A stretch of 64,000 nt of DNA, taken from NCBI RefSeq assembly GCF_009914755.1, contig NC_060937.1, one strand, 5' to 3'. This document shows, piece by piece, positions 1 to 17,663 of this stretch. The notes under the pieces were generated by a model that saw only the letters and a list, made by a program, of their open reading frames with translations, searched no databases and was not told the origin of the DNA. Each line of letters begins with the position of its first letter. The first letter of the stretch is position 1. A program made the position numbers and the translations under genes. This DNA comes from the human T2T-CHM13v2.0 reference genome, Homo sapiens.

Positions 1-44
1 GTGGTGGAGATGCTGACCTTTGCTGCTGCCTCTTGGGCCTGTAA

Positions 45-368
<324 letters not shown>

Positions 369-394
369 CTGCAAATTCACATTGAAAGAAGAGG

Positions 395-615
395 CCTGTT
401 TGATAGATCAGTAGGGTGACTATAATTAACATTAATCTAATATGCATTTCAAAAAAGCTACAAGAGAATAATTTGAATGTTCCGCTGCATAAAGAAAGGA
501 TAAGTGTTTAAGGTGATGGATATTCCAGTTGCCCTGATTTGATTATATTAATGTTACCAAATTATTACATATACTTCAAAAGTATATACATCTATTATGT
601 ATCAACTAAAAAAAT
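395..615 (+). mobile_element. L1MA-type 3' end fragment
   Basis: gtagggtgactataattaac...ggtgatggatat...ctattatgtatcaa resembles the 3' terminus of old L1M elements. Confidence 0.65.
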
Positions 616-633
616 AAGAGTTTTAATTCTCCT

Positions 634-1467
634 TGTGGAAAATAAGGGAAGAGACTTCACCTCCCTCCCTTTTCTTAGAGATTTTACTTTAGGAAACTTC
701 AACTTTTAAGTTCTTTCCTCTGTCTCTTTGAGATGTATGTAAATCTTTTAAAAAGCTAAATAAGGGCCAGGTGAGGGGGCTCACGCTTGTTATCCCCAGC
801 GCTTTTGGAGGCTGAGGTAGGAGGACTGTTTGAGGCCAGGAGTTCAAAGTTACAGTGAGCCATGATTGCATCACTGCACTCCAGCTGGGCAGCAACAGGG
901 GCCCTGTGCTTTAAAATAATAATAAATAATAAATTTAAGAAGCTAAATAAGCCTCTTGGCAGCTTTAGGACTTAGAAATATCTTTTTCAAGGACCAAGGA
1001 GCCAACCTTTTGAAACGTAGTCATCAAGAGTTTCAATGGGAGGGTAGGAGCCTGACCTGGCAGGTGCCTCGCTCTAAGTTGCAAAACTACCTCCTGTCCT
1101 AAAGCTATGAGAGGTTTGTTTTTCCTTTGAATAAAGCCAATTAGCTAACATAGATGGTGACATCAGTTACCAGGTGAATCTGTGGTAAACTCTGTGCAAC
1201 AAATGGGGCTGTCAAGTCCTCTTACTTGAGGACTGACTAGCTATTGTCTATGTGGAGAACCTGTCTGGAATAGGTCACCTCTGCATGACTCTATAAAAGG
1301 GTGAGGTCTCTTTCTGTCTTTGTAGTCTCTTAGGGGATTGTGTGGGATGTGCATTACATTTTAGTTGAGTGCTTATTCACTAATGAAACAGTTTTCTTTC
1401 TCCACTCCCTTTGTGGAGAGATTTCCTGGGTTGGCAGAGGTTGACTTTTAATAATATTTTCTCCACA
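634..1467 (+). mobile_element. ERV solo LTR interrupted by an Alu monomer (about 765-912)
   Basis: Inverted termini TGTGGA...TCCACA, TATAAAA near 1292 and LTR-like composition. Family not determined. Confidence 0.6.
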
Positions 1468-1770
1468 GGCCCATCGTCCCCTGACTCTGTGAGCTTTCAG
1501 CCACACCCAGGATCAGTCAGATCAACTGCTCAACTCAAAGGCATCCTAGTGAGCAAGGGAAAACTCAAGGTGGTTTTTGGAGGGTGCTTAGTTAGGAAAT
1601 GATGAACACAGTTCAACATGACTTGCGGCCCTCCCCATGGGCAAGAGTATGAACACCTGTGACTGTTCCTGAACTCACTAAGGAAAGTCTTTTACAGTGT
1701 GTGAAGGGTGACCTGGAGTTTCCTTCCCACATGGCTCATAAGAGCAGCAGCTCAGGAAAAACAAAACAAG

Positions 1771-2527
<757 letters not shown>

Positions 2528-2999
2528 TAAATTCTCCTTGAGAAATGGCATTATTCTGCCTTAGATCTCGAACTAGAACCTGACAATGAGTCCTCCTGCT
2601 TGCCCCTGATCTGGGGCACACTGATATTTTTGCAGGTTCCTTCAAGCATGAAATTGCAAACCTAAACAAACTGGTTCTCATAAAAGCACTTCCAATCCTT
2701 CAAATAAAAGGAGGCAGCCTAATTATAAATAATCTCTGGATTAGAAACATCACACACCACATCTCTTGCAATTTTTATTTTACCTCGTCTTTGAATTCCA
2801 TGAACTTCAATTTCATGTGGTGTTAAGTGCTGGCTTAACCTGGAGAGAAAATATAAAGGATATAAAGAAATGTATATAAAGATTTCTCAGAGTTATAAAA
2901 ATACTTCTGTGAGAGAATTGCTACAAAAAGGGAGATGCAAGACCACCCTTTGTCCAAACTGGCATTGTCTAAATGCAGTTGAGTGTCTTGCCTTAGAGT

Positions 3000-3175
3000 C
3001 TGGGCTTGAAGTCAGTCAGAACTGACTAGAACACCAGCCCTACCCCTCACCAATAGGGTACCCTTGGGCCAATTATTTAACCCTTCTAAGCCGTAACTAC
3101 CTCATCCGCAGAATGGAAATGATGCTAGGAAGTACCTGACAAGGTTCTTGTGAGAATTAAGTGAGATCCTGTGTT
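3000..3175 (+). mobile_element. MIR fragment
   Basis: ccttgggccaattatttaacc...cctcatc...gaatggaaatgatg...gttcttgtgagaattaagtgagat matches the MIR core. Confidence 0.7.
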
Positions 3176-3218
3176 CATCTAGTCAACTTGTATTTCTTTA
3201 TTTTTAATTGTATTATAC

Positions 3219-3512
<294 letters not shown>

Positions 3513-5281
3513 TGACTCGTGTTTCTTGAGCAAATCACTGAGCTATGTTTAAAAGATACACAGATGAAGGACATATAAACCCAGTCCCTGCCCTTAACTT
3601 ACAGCCGAGCTTTCAATAAGGGAGAGCTATTAATATTAAGTCCCACTGATGGATGTTAAAATGTAAATGAAGCATAGAGTTCTTAGGGCCTAGGCTCTTC
3701 TTGATGTTCCCTTCCACCATCCTTGGAACTCTCCAGAACGAGACTTGTTTTGGGGGAAGGAGGGTGCCTTGGCTGATGGAAAGTGCGGGGGTGGGGGCCG
3801 AAGGAAGTGCAGGGCCTAAGACTGTTGTTCTTAAGCATTCTGGAGGCTGCTGGACATTTAGCTCCCAGCCTCCTCTCTACCACAATGAACACTTCTATCC
3901 CAGGACTTCTCCTCTCCCCCTCCTTAGACCAAAGCTCTTGCAGTCTGAGTACTGGAAAGCCCAGCATGAGCCTCTCCACGCACTTCGAATGCACCCTCCT
4001 CCAGCAAAGGCTGGTAAGTTGAAAAGACAGGAAGGATTTCAGAAGACTGGAAATTGAATCCCACACTCAGCTCCTCTTTGAAACTCTACAATGAGTGCTT
4101 CATTCCTTGGACTTCAGCTTTTCAAAGAAAACATCCCTAGAAGAAGGACAGCAGGGATAGTCATTTACCTTTTAATGAGAATGAATTATCCAGCCCTTTT
4201 CAGGACAGCGTTTGTGAGGCAGCAAAGCTAAATGTTGAGAAGGGCCTGAAAGAATGATGGACTGACGCTGCCAAAAAGAGAAAGGGCGGGACCTTCACAG
4301 CTTTGCCTAAGGCCATTATGAATTTGGACCAAATAGGTATTATCATCCACACAGGCAGGACCTCCTGGGTAGGGGGCTGCCACCTTTTCCAGGCACTTGG
4401 AAGGGTGGCCTCCAGCTGTGGAGCCACAGAACTAAATATTATAGCTGGCCCAGGAGCACCCGTTTAGGCTAGGGAAGGAATAATAATCCGGCTTCTCCTT
4501 CCTCTGACCCTGAGATTTCGGCCAAGTCTCCATTAGAGATTGGCCTCCTAGAGTGTAAAACAGGGTGGACAAGTTTGGAGAATGGATCTGGGATGGGGTG
4601 GGGAATGGCAAATGGAAAAAAGGCAGCACAAACTCTTTATTGTCATTCAGAGAATGCTGAGGTCCAAGGCACAACCAGCCAGAGGGTTGCTTCAGCCTTT
4701 CACTGGAAAAGCCACATTTTCCTCAGTTGTATCCTCACTTCGAGTGAGGCTTCTCCAAATGCAGAAGGACAGCATCATGACCCAGGCCGAGAAAGTATGA
4801 TTGCAAAATTCCATGGGCCTAACCCTAGTGGGGGAGGGAATCCATTCTTTTAAGCCAGGGTTTAAAACTCTTCAAGCAAGTCATCTGCAAAGGTACCGCT
4901 TCTACCATTTTAAAGATAGGATTATGTTCCCTAGGACAACTGGATGAGCCCTAGGAACCAAGAACCCTGTGCAGCTGGGGCAGAAGCCTGAGGGTTCCTT
5001 TGTTCCCCCACAGCTGTAGGTCACAAGGTTCTTACACAAGCTTTGGGGTGGCCCCACCCCACACCCTTCCTTCCCCTCAGTCAGTGATGACTCAAGAGGT
5101 TTTGGGAAGGAGCTCAGGGAACACTCAAGCAGCAGGCTCAGCTTACGGCACTTCTGATGCATTTTCTAGATAACATTAGGAGCTGGTTCCAGACAGGACT
5201 CAGAAGTATGGACATTCACTCCCCAGGCTTGGTCATCAGTGCCCTGTGAGTTCAGGAATACACTACCTAAAGGAGATCTTT

Positions 5282-5534
5282 AGGAAGGAGAAGGAGAAAA
5301 GAGGAGAAGAGGGAAGGAAGGAAGGCAGGAAGGAAGGAAGGGAGGGAGGGAGGGAGGGAGGGAAAGAGAAAGAGGGAAGGAGAGAGTGAGGAAGGAAGGA
5401 AGGAGAGAGAAAGAAGAAAGAAAGAAATAGAGAAAGCAAGAAAAGGAAAGAAAAAGAGAAAGAAAGAAAGAGAGAATGGAAGGAAGGGAGGAAAGAAGGA
5501 AGGGAGGAAGGAAGGAAGGGAGGGAGGGAGGGAG
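5282..5534. repeat. GA-rich homopurine low-complexity tract (GGAA/GGGA/GAAA)
   Basis: About 250 nt almost exclusively purine on the plus strand. Confidence 0.95.
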
Positions 5535-5536
5535 CT

Positions 5537-5900
5537 GGCCGGACGTGGTGGCTCATGTCTGCAATCCCAGCACTTTGGGAGGCCGAGGCAGGTGGATCAC
5601 CTGCAGTCAGGAATTCAAGACCAGCCTGGTCTACATGGCGAAACCCTGTGTCTACTAAAAAAATAAAATTAGCTGGACGTGGTGGCAGATGCCTATAATT
5701 CCACTTACTTGGGAAGCTGAGGCCAGAGAATGGCCTGAACCCGGGAGGCGGAGGTTGTGGTGAGCCAAGCTCGCGCTACTGCACTCCATCCTGGGCGACA
5801 GGGCGAGACTTCATCTCAAAAAAAAAAAAAAAAGAAAAGAAAAGAAAGAAGAGAGAAAGAGGAAAAAGAAGAAAGAAAGAAAAAGAAAGGAAGAAAAAGA
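5537..5900 (+). mobile_element. Alu with GA-rich extended tail
   Basis: ggccggacgtggtggctc...gagacttcatctc followed by an A/GA tail. Confidence 0.9.
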
Positions 5901-6608
5901 GAGTCATTGAGACTTGTGGCTTAATGTTGTGAATGTATATGTATGTTTAACTGTATATATAACCGTATGTATATGTATGTCTCACCAGAGAGAGAAAGGG
6001 ATTAAAAAAAAAAAAAAGCCAAAACCTACAAAGGCAAAGCAGAAGAAAGAGTACCAGACTGGAGATAGCAATATAATTACAGAAAATGGGAAGTGACCGC
6101 ACAGACCAGAGAAATCAGAAACCTACATCTGCCGGGGGTTGGGGTGTGTGTGTGTGTGTAGCCTCAAGGATTTACTCCGTGCCAGCCACTGATCTAAGGG
6201 TTGAAGGTATATTCACTTTCGCGATCCCCCAAAAATGCTAGCAGGATTTGTACCCTAATATTGGAGACTAGGCACAGAAAGGTTTAATTTGCCCCAGGTT
6301 ACACAGCAGAATCTGAACCTCTCCGAGGTTCGGCTCTAGAGACCACGCTTGACACAGCCTCACAGTCATGAGTAAGCCCTTAGGGACCAAACCCCAGGAG
6401 ACCTCAGGCTGGCAGATCAGGAGCACCGAAGTGGGCCTGGAAACAGGACTGGGGGAAAGTCTGGAGGAAAAGAGACCCTCGGAATCCTTCCCCATTTTAC
6501 TTAGGCAGGCAGCTGCCCTCTGCTCCCGGGCAGAAGGCTGTGGGTTTCTTTAGGAGGCTTTCCCCAGTTGAGGATGGGGTGAGACACCTATTAAAACAAG
6601 AGAATTTA

Positions 6609-6904
6609 GGCCGGACGTGGTGGCTCATGCCTGTAATCCCAGCACTTTGGGAGGCTGAGGCGGGAGAATCATTTGAGCCCAGGAGTTTGTGACCAGTCTG
6701 GCAACATAGGGAGACCCTGTCTCTAAAAAAAAAATAAAATTAGCTGAGTGTGGTGGCGGGCACCTGTGGTCCCAGCTACTTGGGGCTGGGGCTTAGGTAG
6801 GGAGGATCACTTGAGCCTGGGAGGTTGAGGCTGCAGTGAGCCGAGATCACGCCACTGCACTCCAGCCTAGGTGACAGAGCCAGATACTGTCTAAAAAAAA
6901 AAAA
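6609..6904 (+). mobile_element. Alu
   Basis: Full body with target-site duplication (TSD) aaaacaagagaatt on both sides. Confidence 0.92.
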
Positions 6905-7149
6905 GAAAACAAGAGAATTCAGTGAAAATCTGAATTCAGCTCCCATGTGTTGGCAGTGAGGCCCACACACCCCAGGCGGGGGCTGGGAGCTCCTCTCCAG
7001 GAGTGCTGATTGGCTGGGGAGAAGACTGACGGCACTAGCATCCGAAGGTCCCTGCTGGAATTGCTGGTTCACCAACTGACGAGTCCTGGCCACATACACG
7101 GGGCTCACACAACCTTCTGTCAGCTTTTTGTTACCTTCCCCTTTTTTCC

Positions 7150-8580
<1,431 letters not shown>

Positions 8581-8622
8581 GCCTTACTCAGATATGGACA
8601 ATAAAGGATGACAGGAAACGGA

Positions 8623-8714
8623 GAAAAAGCTTTCAACATGAAAGAGTGAGACAGAAACAAACAGGAAAAAGCTTTCAACATGAAAGAGGGAGACAGAAAC
8701 AAACAGGAAAAAGC
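8623..8714. repeat. 42-bp tandem duplication (about 2.2 copies)
   Basis: Unit aaaaagctttcaacatgaaagag(t/g)gagacagaaacaaacagg starts at 8624, 8666 and (partial) 8708. Confidence 0.92.
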
Positions 8715-9330
8715 CGACTCAGAGGAAAGAGAGACCATCGCAGGAAGCAAAAGAAAACTTCCCCTAAACAATAAATAGCCTTAAAAGTGAGAATATATAT
8801 TACATTCATAATTGACAAGATTGCTATGAAAAAAATATTTATTTATTTATTTTGAGACAAGGTCTTGCTCTGTCACCCAGGGGAGTGCAGTGGCATGATC
8901 ATGGCTCACTGCAGCCTCAAGTGCCTGGGCTCAAGCAATCCTCCTGCCTCGGCCTCCCAAGTAGCTGGAACTACAGGTGTGCATCACCACACCCAGCTAA
9001 TTAAAAAACAATTTTTTTGTAGAGATGGGCTCTCGCTGTGTTGCCCAGGTTGGTCTTGAATTCCTGGCCTCAAGTGATTCTCCCACCTCAGTCTCTCAAA
9101 GTGCTGGAATTACAGGTATGAGCCACTGCACCTGGCCAAAAAAAAATTTCAAAAACAAGATAGTGCTCTTGGGCTCCACACTGAAAAATCCACTGCAAAA
9201 TTGGAAGGTAAAGTACAAACAAAAATTTCTTATAAAGTAGAACAAAAAGATGAAAAATAGAAACTGAGGCCAGGTGCAGTGGCTCACACCTGTAATCCCA
9301 GCATTTTGGGAGGCCAAGGCAAGCGGATCA

Positions 9331-9603
<273 letters not shown>

Positions 9604-10318
9604 CTAAACAATTAGTCCAAAAGTTTAGCATCAGAATCATGGCAGTTCCAGAAAGACAAAAGAGAAAAAGTAGAGGGCGTGAATTATCAGAGAAATAAAG
9701 CAAGAACAGGCCAGGTGCTGTGGCTCATGCCTGTAATTCCAGCACTTTGGGAAGCTGGCGGGGAGCGGATCACTTGATCCTAGGAGTTTGAGACTAGCCT
9801 GGGCAACATAGTGAGACCCCATTTCTACCAAAAATAAAAAAGCAAAATTAGCTGGGCATGGTGGCTTGTGCTTGTAGTCCCAGCAATTCAGGAGGCTAGG
9901 AGGTGGAGGCTGCAGTGAGCCAGCCATGTTCATGCCACTGCCCTCCAGCCTGGGCGACAGAGTGAGACTCTGTCTCACAAAAAAAAAAAAAAGAGGAAGA
10001 AATAAAGAAAGAATGAAACTATAGTATATGAGATGATGGGTATGTTAATTTGCGTGACTCTAGTAATCAGTTCACTATATACATCAAGATAAGTATATCA
10101 AAATATTAGTTTGTGTACCTTGAATATATGATATATTTAAATATAAAATTACATACAATTTAAAAAATACCTTTTAAAAAACAAACACAAAAGCACAATA
10201 TTGTGAACTTTCTGAACATCATAAAAGAGGAAAACAGTTCACATACAAAAGATCAGGAATCAGAATGGCATTAAACTTTTTAACAGCAACACTAAAATCT
10301 AAAGGATAATGGAGCCAG

Positions 10319-11291
<973 letters not shown>

Positions 11292-13808
11292 CTAATTTCC
11301 GAGGGCAATTTGAACAACAAAATTGTCCAGTGACCCATAGGATAAAATAAATGAGTCAGTGCTAATAAAAATAAATAATTGAATGACTAAATAAATGGAG
11401 AAGAAATAGCTCTACCCTACAAGAGAATTCCAATTAATAAATGTAAAAGAAATGAGGAAAAAAGAAAATCACTATTAGAACACTACAGTAATAATTGTTG
11501 CAGGCAAGATTCATCAATGAATGCTATAATTAGTTGGTAAAAGTTTGAGGATTAACAGGATATTTACATAGTCTCAAAGTATGTCCACTAATATATTTAT
11601 TATCTGCAAAAGGAAAAAACTTTATGATGGAGAAACTAGCAGAAACCACTTTCACCACATGATCAAGGTTAGCATCACCAGTAATAAGTCTGATCAACAT
11701 CAAGCACCCAACACGATGTACTGAGAAGGGCACGTTACCTCCATGGTATTCTTGCCCCAAACCCATAACTGTCTAATCATGAGGAAAACATCAAACAAAT
11801 CCAAATTGAGGGACATTCCAAAAAAATAACTGACCAGTCTTTTTCAAAACTGTCAAAGTCATGAAAGACAAAGAAAGACTGCCTAGGACAGGAAGAGACT
11901 GAGAAGACTTAGCAACCAAAGCAAAGTGGAATCTCAGATTGGATCATGGAAAAATCAAACGACATTGGAAACATTGGTTATATCTGAAGTCTGTAGTTTA
12001 GTAAGTAGTAGCGTACCAAAGTTATTTTCTTAGTTTTGATCATTGTACTATGGCTATGTGAGCTGCATAAAGACATTACATAGAACTCTGCAGTGTCTTT
12101 GCAGCTTTTCTGTAAGTCCAAAATTATTTAAAAATAGAAAGTAAAAATTCAGAAGAGGAATTATTTCCAACCTAGAATTTTATACCTAAACTATAAATCA
12201 ATTGTGAGCATAGCATAATGACATTTCTCAGACATGCAAGGGCTCATTCACTTTCTGTTAGGAAGCGACTATAGTTTTGCTCCCTTAAAAGAATGAACCA
12301 AGATGCAGACATGGCATCTAGGCAACGTGGAATTCAACACTAGAGGGAAGCAAAGGTATTTCCAGAACTGTGGCTAAGCAGAGGCTTCCAGAACAACCAG
12401 TATAGATGGGAGCAAGGGGACTAATTGTTCCTAGAGGAAGGATGTTGCAAACCAACCAGCTAACCAACCAATCACCACCAACAGTTTACCTATCTATTTG
12501 ATTATATCGGGGAAGTTTTCCGTTTTGGCAGAGTGTGGGATTGAATTATTGATAAGTATGCAGAAAACTAAGCAAACAGAAAAAAAAAAAAGACAATGAT
12601 CAGCTCTTGGGAAAACAAAATGTTGCCCTGAAAAGAAATGTAATCATAGTATCCTAAATGACTCACTTGTGGATAATTTTTCCATAGTCACGATAATGTA
12701 AATACTAAATACTCATTTAACTAAATATTTATATTGGGAGGAGGGAAGAAGGGAAATATGTGTGTGAGTGGAGTATAGGGATAAGAATTAAATTCTTGTT
12801 TTCAAAGGTGAGAAGCAAGAAAATCTCTGTCCAATGGGCTCCCAGCCCCAAGGCAAGCTGCACATTTTAGGTATCATTATCTGGGTGGGAATAGTGAGGG
12901 TGGTGTGGCAGACGTGAACACACAGGGGAATCCTCTCTTCTGCTGTCCTAGGCAAACTGGTGGCTAGTGGAAGGAAGCCAAGGCTGAGTGGGATTAGGGC
13001 TAGGAAGATGGGCCAGGCTGTGCTGGCTCGTGATGCAATGACCTCAGGTTCTATTTCAGCAGGGTTCAGCATCTAAGGAGATGCCATCTAGGGTGGAGTG
13101 CAGCCACAAGTCAAAGCAGCTGATAGCTGTCACGAGGTGGCTGTGGCCTGGTTTGGGCCTTGTTTTCAAGGTAGGTTCTGTGAAACACTACTTCTGAAGG
13201 ATGTAAAGAACTGACCTGAAAAGAGGGTTCCTTGGTCCAACATGCTTGAGAAATGCTGGATTCAATGACACTAAACAAGTTTCTCCAATGCAGGACATCT
13301 CAAAACCCTTCATATGATTATGGGAATATCCAATCTCTAAGGCATGGCATGTGGGGGAGATGGTGACAGAGTGTTTGATCATGACCATGGAACCCTTTCT
13401 ATGCAGAACTTAACACTGGACTAGAGAACTACTGACAACCCTTTCCAGAGTAGGGGTCGGCGTCAGTCAGGGCCGGCACTAACAGGAAAAGCACCTGGTT
13501 CCTTGTATCTTCACATCTTTACCATCACTGCCAACCCCTTTCCACTGGCTAGGGCTAATTAGGGTTTTGGGGCCAACAGGCAAATGAACTGAGGTTTGAG
13601 ACAGGCTCTGCTCTCATGAAAAACTGAAGTGTTAACAAGACAGAAATGTAGGCAGAGGCCCAGTTATAAGGTACAGAGGCACCCAGCAGGGGTGGGACTC
13701 AGTGGCCCCCAGACCTGTAGCATGCTGACAGGCCCACGCAAAGCCAAGATCAAACCTACAGCAGCCCTTCTCCATCAGCCCAGCACCCTGAGTCGCATTC
13801 CTTGGTCA

Positions 13809-14420
<612 letters not shown>

Positions 14421-16380
14421 TCACACACTTAACACCACCAAGTCATTCCAGAGTGAAAGGAACGCAAATCCAGTCTCAGGCTGTCTGATTGACGAAGCTT
14501 CTGGATGCACAGCTTTTACATTTTTATATTTTATTCTCTGTGATGTGCCCAGCTCAGGAGCCGCAGGTTTCGGCCAGTTGTTCTGCTCTAGTCCTGAGCA
14601 CCCTGGCATGTTTTACAGTTCTGAGACTGTCCTATATTCAGGGCCTGTACCATGGACAGATGCAAAGCCACTAAATGTGTGAGCTGGAATAGACAAGAAC
14701 AGTTATATTGAGTGTTTACTACATGCTCGTCCTCACAACGTTACGTGCTAAGCACTAGGAGTCGCAGTTTTTGGGGTGCAGAGGCTGAGGATGAGGGCAG
14801 TTACATATCTTGTCAAGTCTCCCCCTGGCAAGGGGCAGTTGTAACTCAGCACTTCCTGGTGGCACAGCCTGGGCTCTGGGCTCCCCCCCCAACCCTTCGC
14901 AGGTGGCCTGGCTGCCACTGTTCCCCATGGCACTGGGCAGGCCGCTCACCTTTTGTTGTTGCCAGGCTCTTCGATAATCCCTGTCCATGGGGTTCATGAG
15001 ATTATAGCGAGGATCAGATAATGCAGTGAGCAGAAAAGTGCTTTGGAGTGGAGTGAATACACACATGGGGTGCCAATCACAGCCAGTCCTTTTCCTAGCT
15101 ACCCAACAATTTGGCATCCCAAAGGGATCACCCTCTCTAGCGCGTGTTTATGAGCTGACTAGAAAAAGGCACGTAGACGCAAGAAGACAGAAGTGTGATT
15201 TTGAAAGTGGGTACCCCTTTACCCAGAGCTGGAAGGCATGAAGGAGGTAAGGGTGGAGACCCACCGTCTAGAGGCTTTGAACTGAAACCTTGGAAGAGTG
15301 AACTCTCTCAGACCTCATGGCTGCCCCCACCCCCTCCCAACCCTTCCCCTAAAGGCTTTAGACACTAAAAATACCCCAGCCACCTGCTGCCCTGGGAGGC
15401 AATAAATCATTGGCCATCTAGCACCAGAATCCGGGCCAACATGGCAGCGGACACAGACCCAAGGGATCAGTTCCCTTCCTCCCACCCAGGCCACCATCAA
15501 GAGCCTGCCTGCTGCTGGGGGTGGGGGGGTGGGGCAGGGGGGTGGGGGAGGGCGGGGCAGGGGGGCGAGGGAGTGTGTTCAGAGGACACAGGACCTGCTT
15601 GGAGGCTTCTGGGGCCAGAAGTGCTAAGTGGGTGTGGGGTAAGCGGAAGGGAGTGAGTCACTGGAGGGGGTCCTGGGGAAAGGGCGGTGGCCCCTGTGCC
15701 GCGACAGCCACCTGCTTTATTATATAGAATAAGGTCATCTCATCAAAACCACAGCTGAGCCGCCCAACGACTGTCCTACTACTCCAGGGCCACCAGATGT
15801 CAGTGTTAAAGGGATCATGGATATTGGTGATCAGATGTCAGGACAGGGACTGAATGTATGGAGACTGTTCAAACCAGGGGCGCTCAGGGGCAAACCTGTG
15901 AAATCGGTTTCCTGCTTCCAGTTCTTAGCAATTAGATCCTACCCCCAGGGACTGAAATCAGTCCCACTCCCAAAAGGTAACCACAAAATGCCAAAGATCT
16001 GTTCATCTTCACTCTCAGCACAATACCATGTATCATAAATGAGAGGCAAAGGCAGAATTTCTAATTTACTTATTATTAAAATGCATCATCAACAAACACA
16101 CCATAGTGGGGAACACGAAGCGATGTGTTGCAGTGTAGTGTTGCTCAAATGTGAAAAAGCAGCGACCCCTGAGAGTCTCCTTTGTTTTGTTACCTCTCTC
16201 TCTAGAAAAAGCACTGCATTGTAAGTGACTTGGTCCAACCAGTGAAAAATACAAACAGGACCATTCATAGACAAAAAAGTGAAGAATAAAATTCAGTGGT
16301 CACTCAAGTATAATAAATAGACCCAAATGATCAGAAATGTGTTTACGTTGATTGTTTTAGAGCATTAAAAAATCCAAAAA

Positions 16381-16624
16381 TTTGGGAGGCTAAGGTGGGT
16401 GGATTGCTTGAGCCTAGGAGTTTGAGACCAGCTTACACAACATAGTGAGACCCCATCTCTACATAAAATTAAAAAATTAGCCAGGTATGGTGGCATATGT
16501 CTCAACTACTCAGGAGGCTGTGGTGGGAGGATCCCTTGAGCCTGGGATTGAGGCTGCAGTGAGCTGTGATTGCAACACTGCCCTTCAGCCTGGGCAACAT
16601 AGTGAGATCCTGTCTCAAAAAAAA
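16381..16624 (+). mobile_element. AluJ (5'-truncated)
   Basis: Starts at tttgggaggct and ends in an A tail. Confidence 0.85.
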
Positions 16625-17283
16625 TGCTATGTGGCCTTGGGGAGGTAATCTGACCCATGTGCCTCAGTTTCTATGTCTATAAACTGGACCTCTCCAAAGC
16701 CCCTTTAAGTAATGTAAGATTCTAGGATTCTAAGTGTGACTTTGAGAGGTTCCTGTGGAGTTGGGAAGGTGAATGTACAAAAATTCCAACGGAATGCCAC
16801 CCAGGGCCACTTCAGCAACATAGACAAAGACTGAGAATTCAGAATGCCTCCCTCCCAACTCCTCAGGGACCCAGGGAAGGCTTCTGGAAGACAAGGGATT
16901 ACACCCCTATGACCTAATGCTGTAGCATGATCAAAATACTTGATCTCTTTTTAAGAGCTGGGAGGTGGCCAGTCAGATATTTTAAGATGTCAACTTGATC
17001 TGTATCATTATCAGCATCTAAGGAAACATTTTGTTTCCAAAAACAAATGATCACTGCTATCTATAAACCTCTGTAAGCACATGAAATTCTCAAGAATGGG
17101 GCCTTTTCCGTAATACTCTTCACAGCTGGTTTTGTGTGTACACGTAGAACTGCTGCTTCCTGAACGATAAGTTTAGGCCAAGGAAGAAAGAGGGGAAGAA
17201 GGAAGGGGGAGAAAGTCTTTCTTCAGGAGTCTCCCCAAAATGTTAATATATGCACAGAAAAAAGTTTGAAAAATAGAAACAAT

Positions 17284-17663
<380 letters not shown>

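Noticed and set aside
3683-4066. Three overlapping ORFs (79-127 aa) in unique sequence
   Set aside because: No recognisable homology, splice architecture or promoter; this length is expected by chance.
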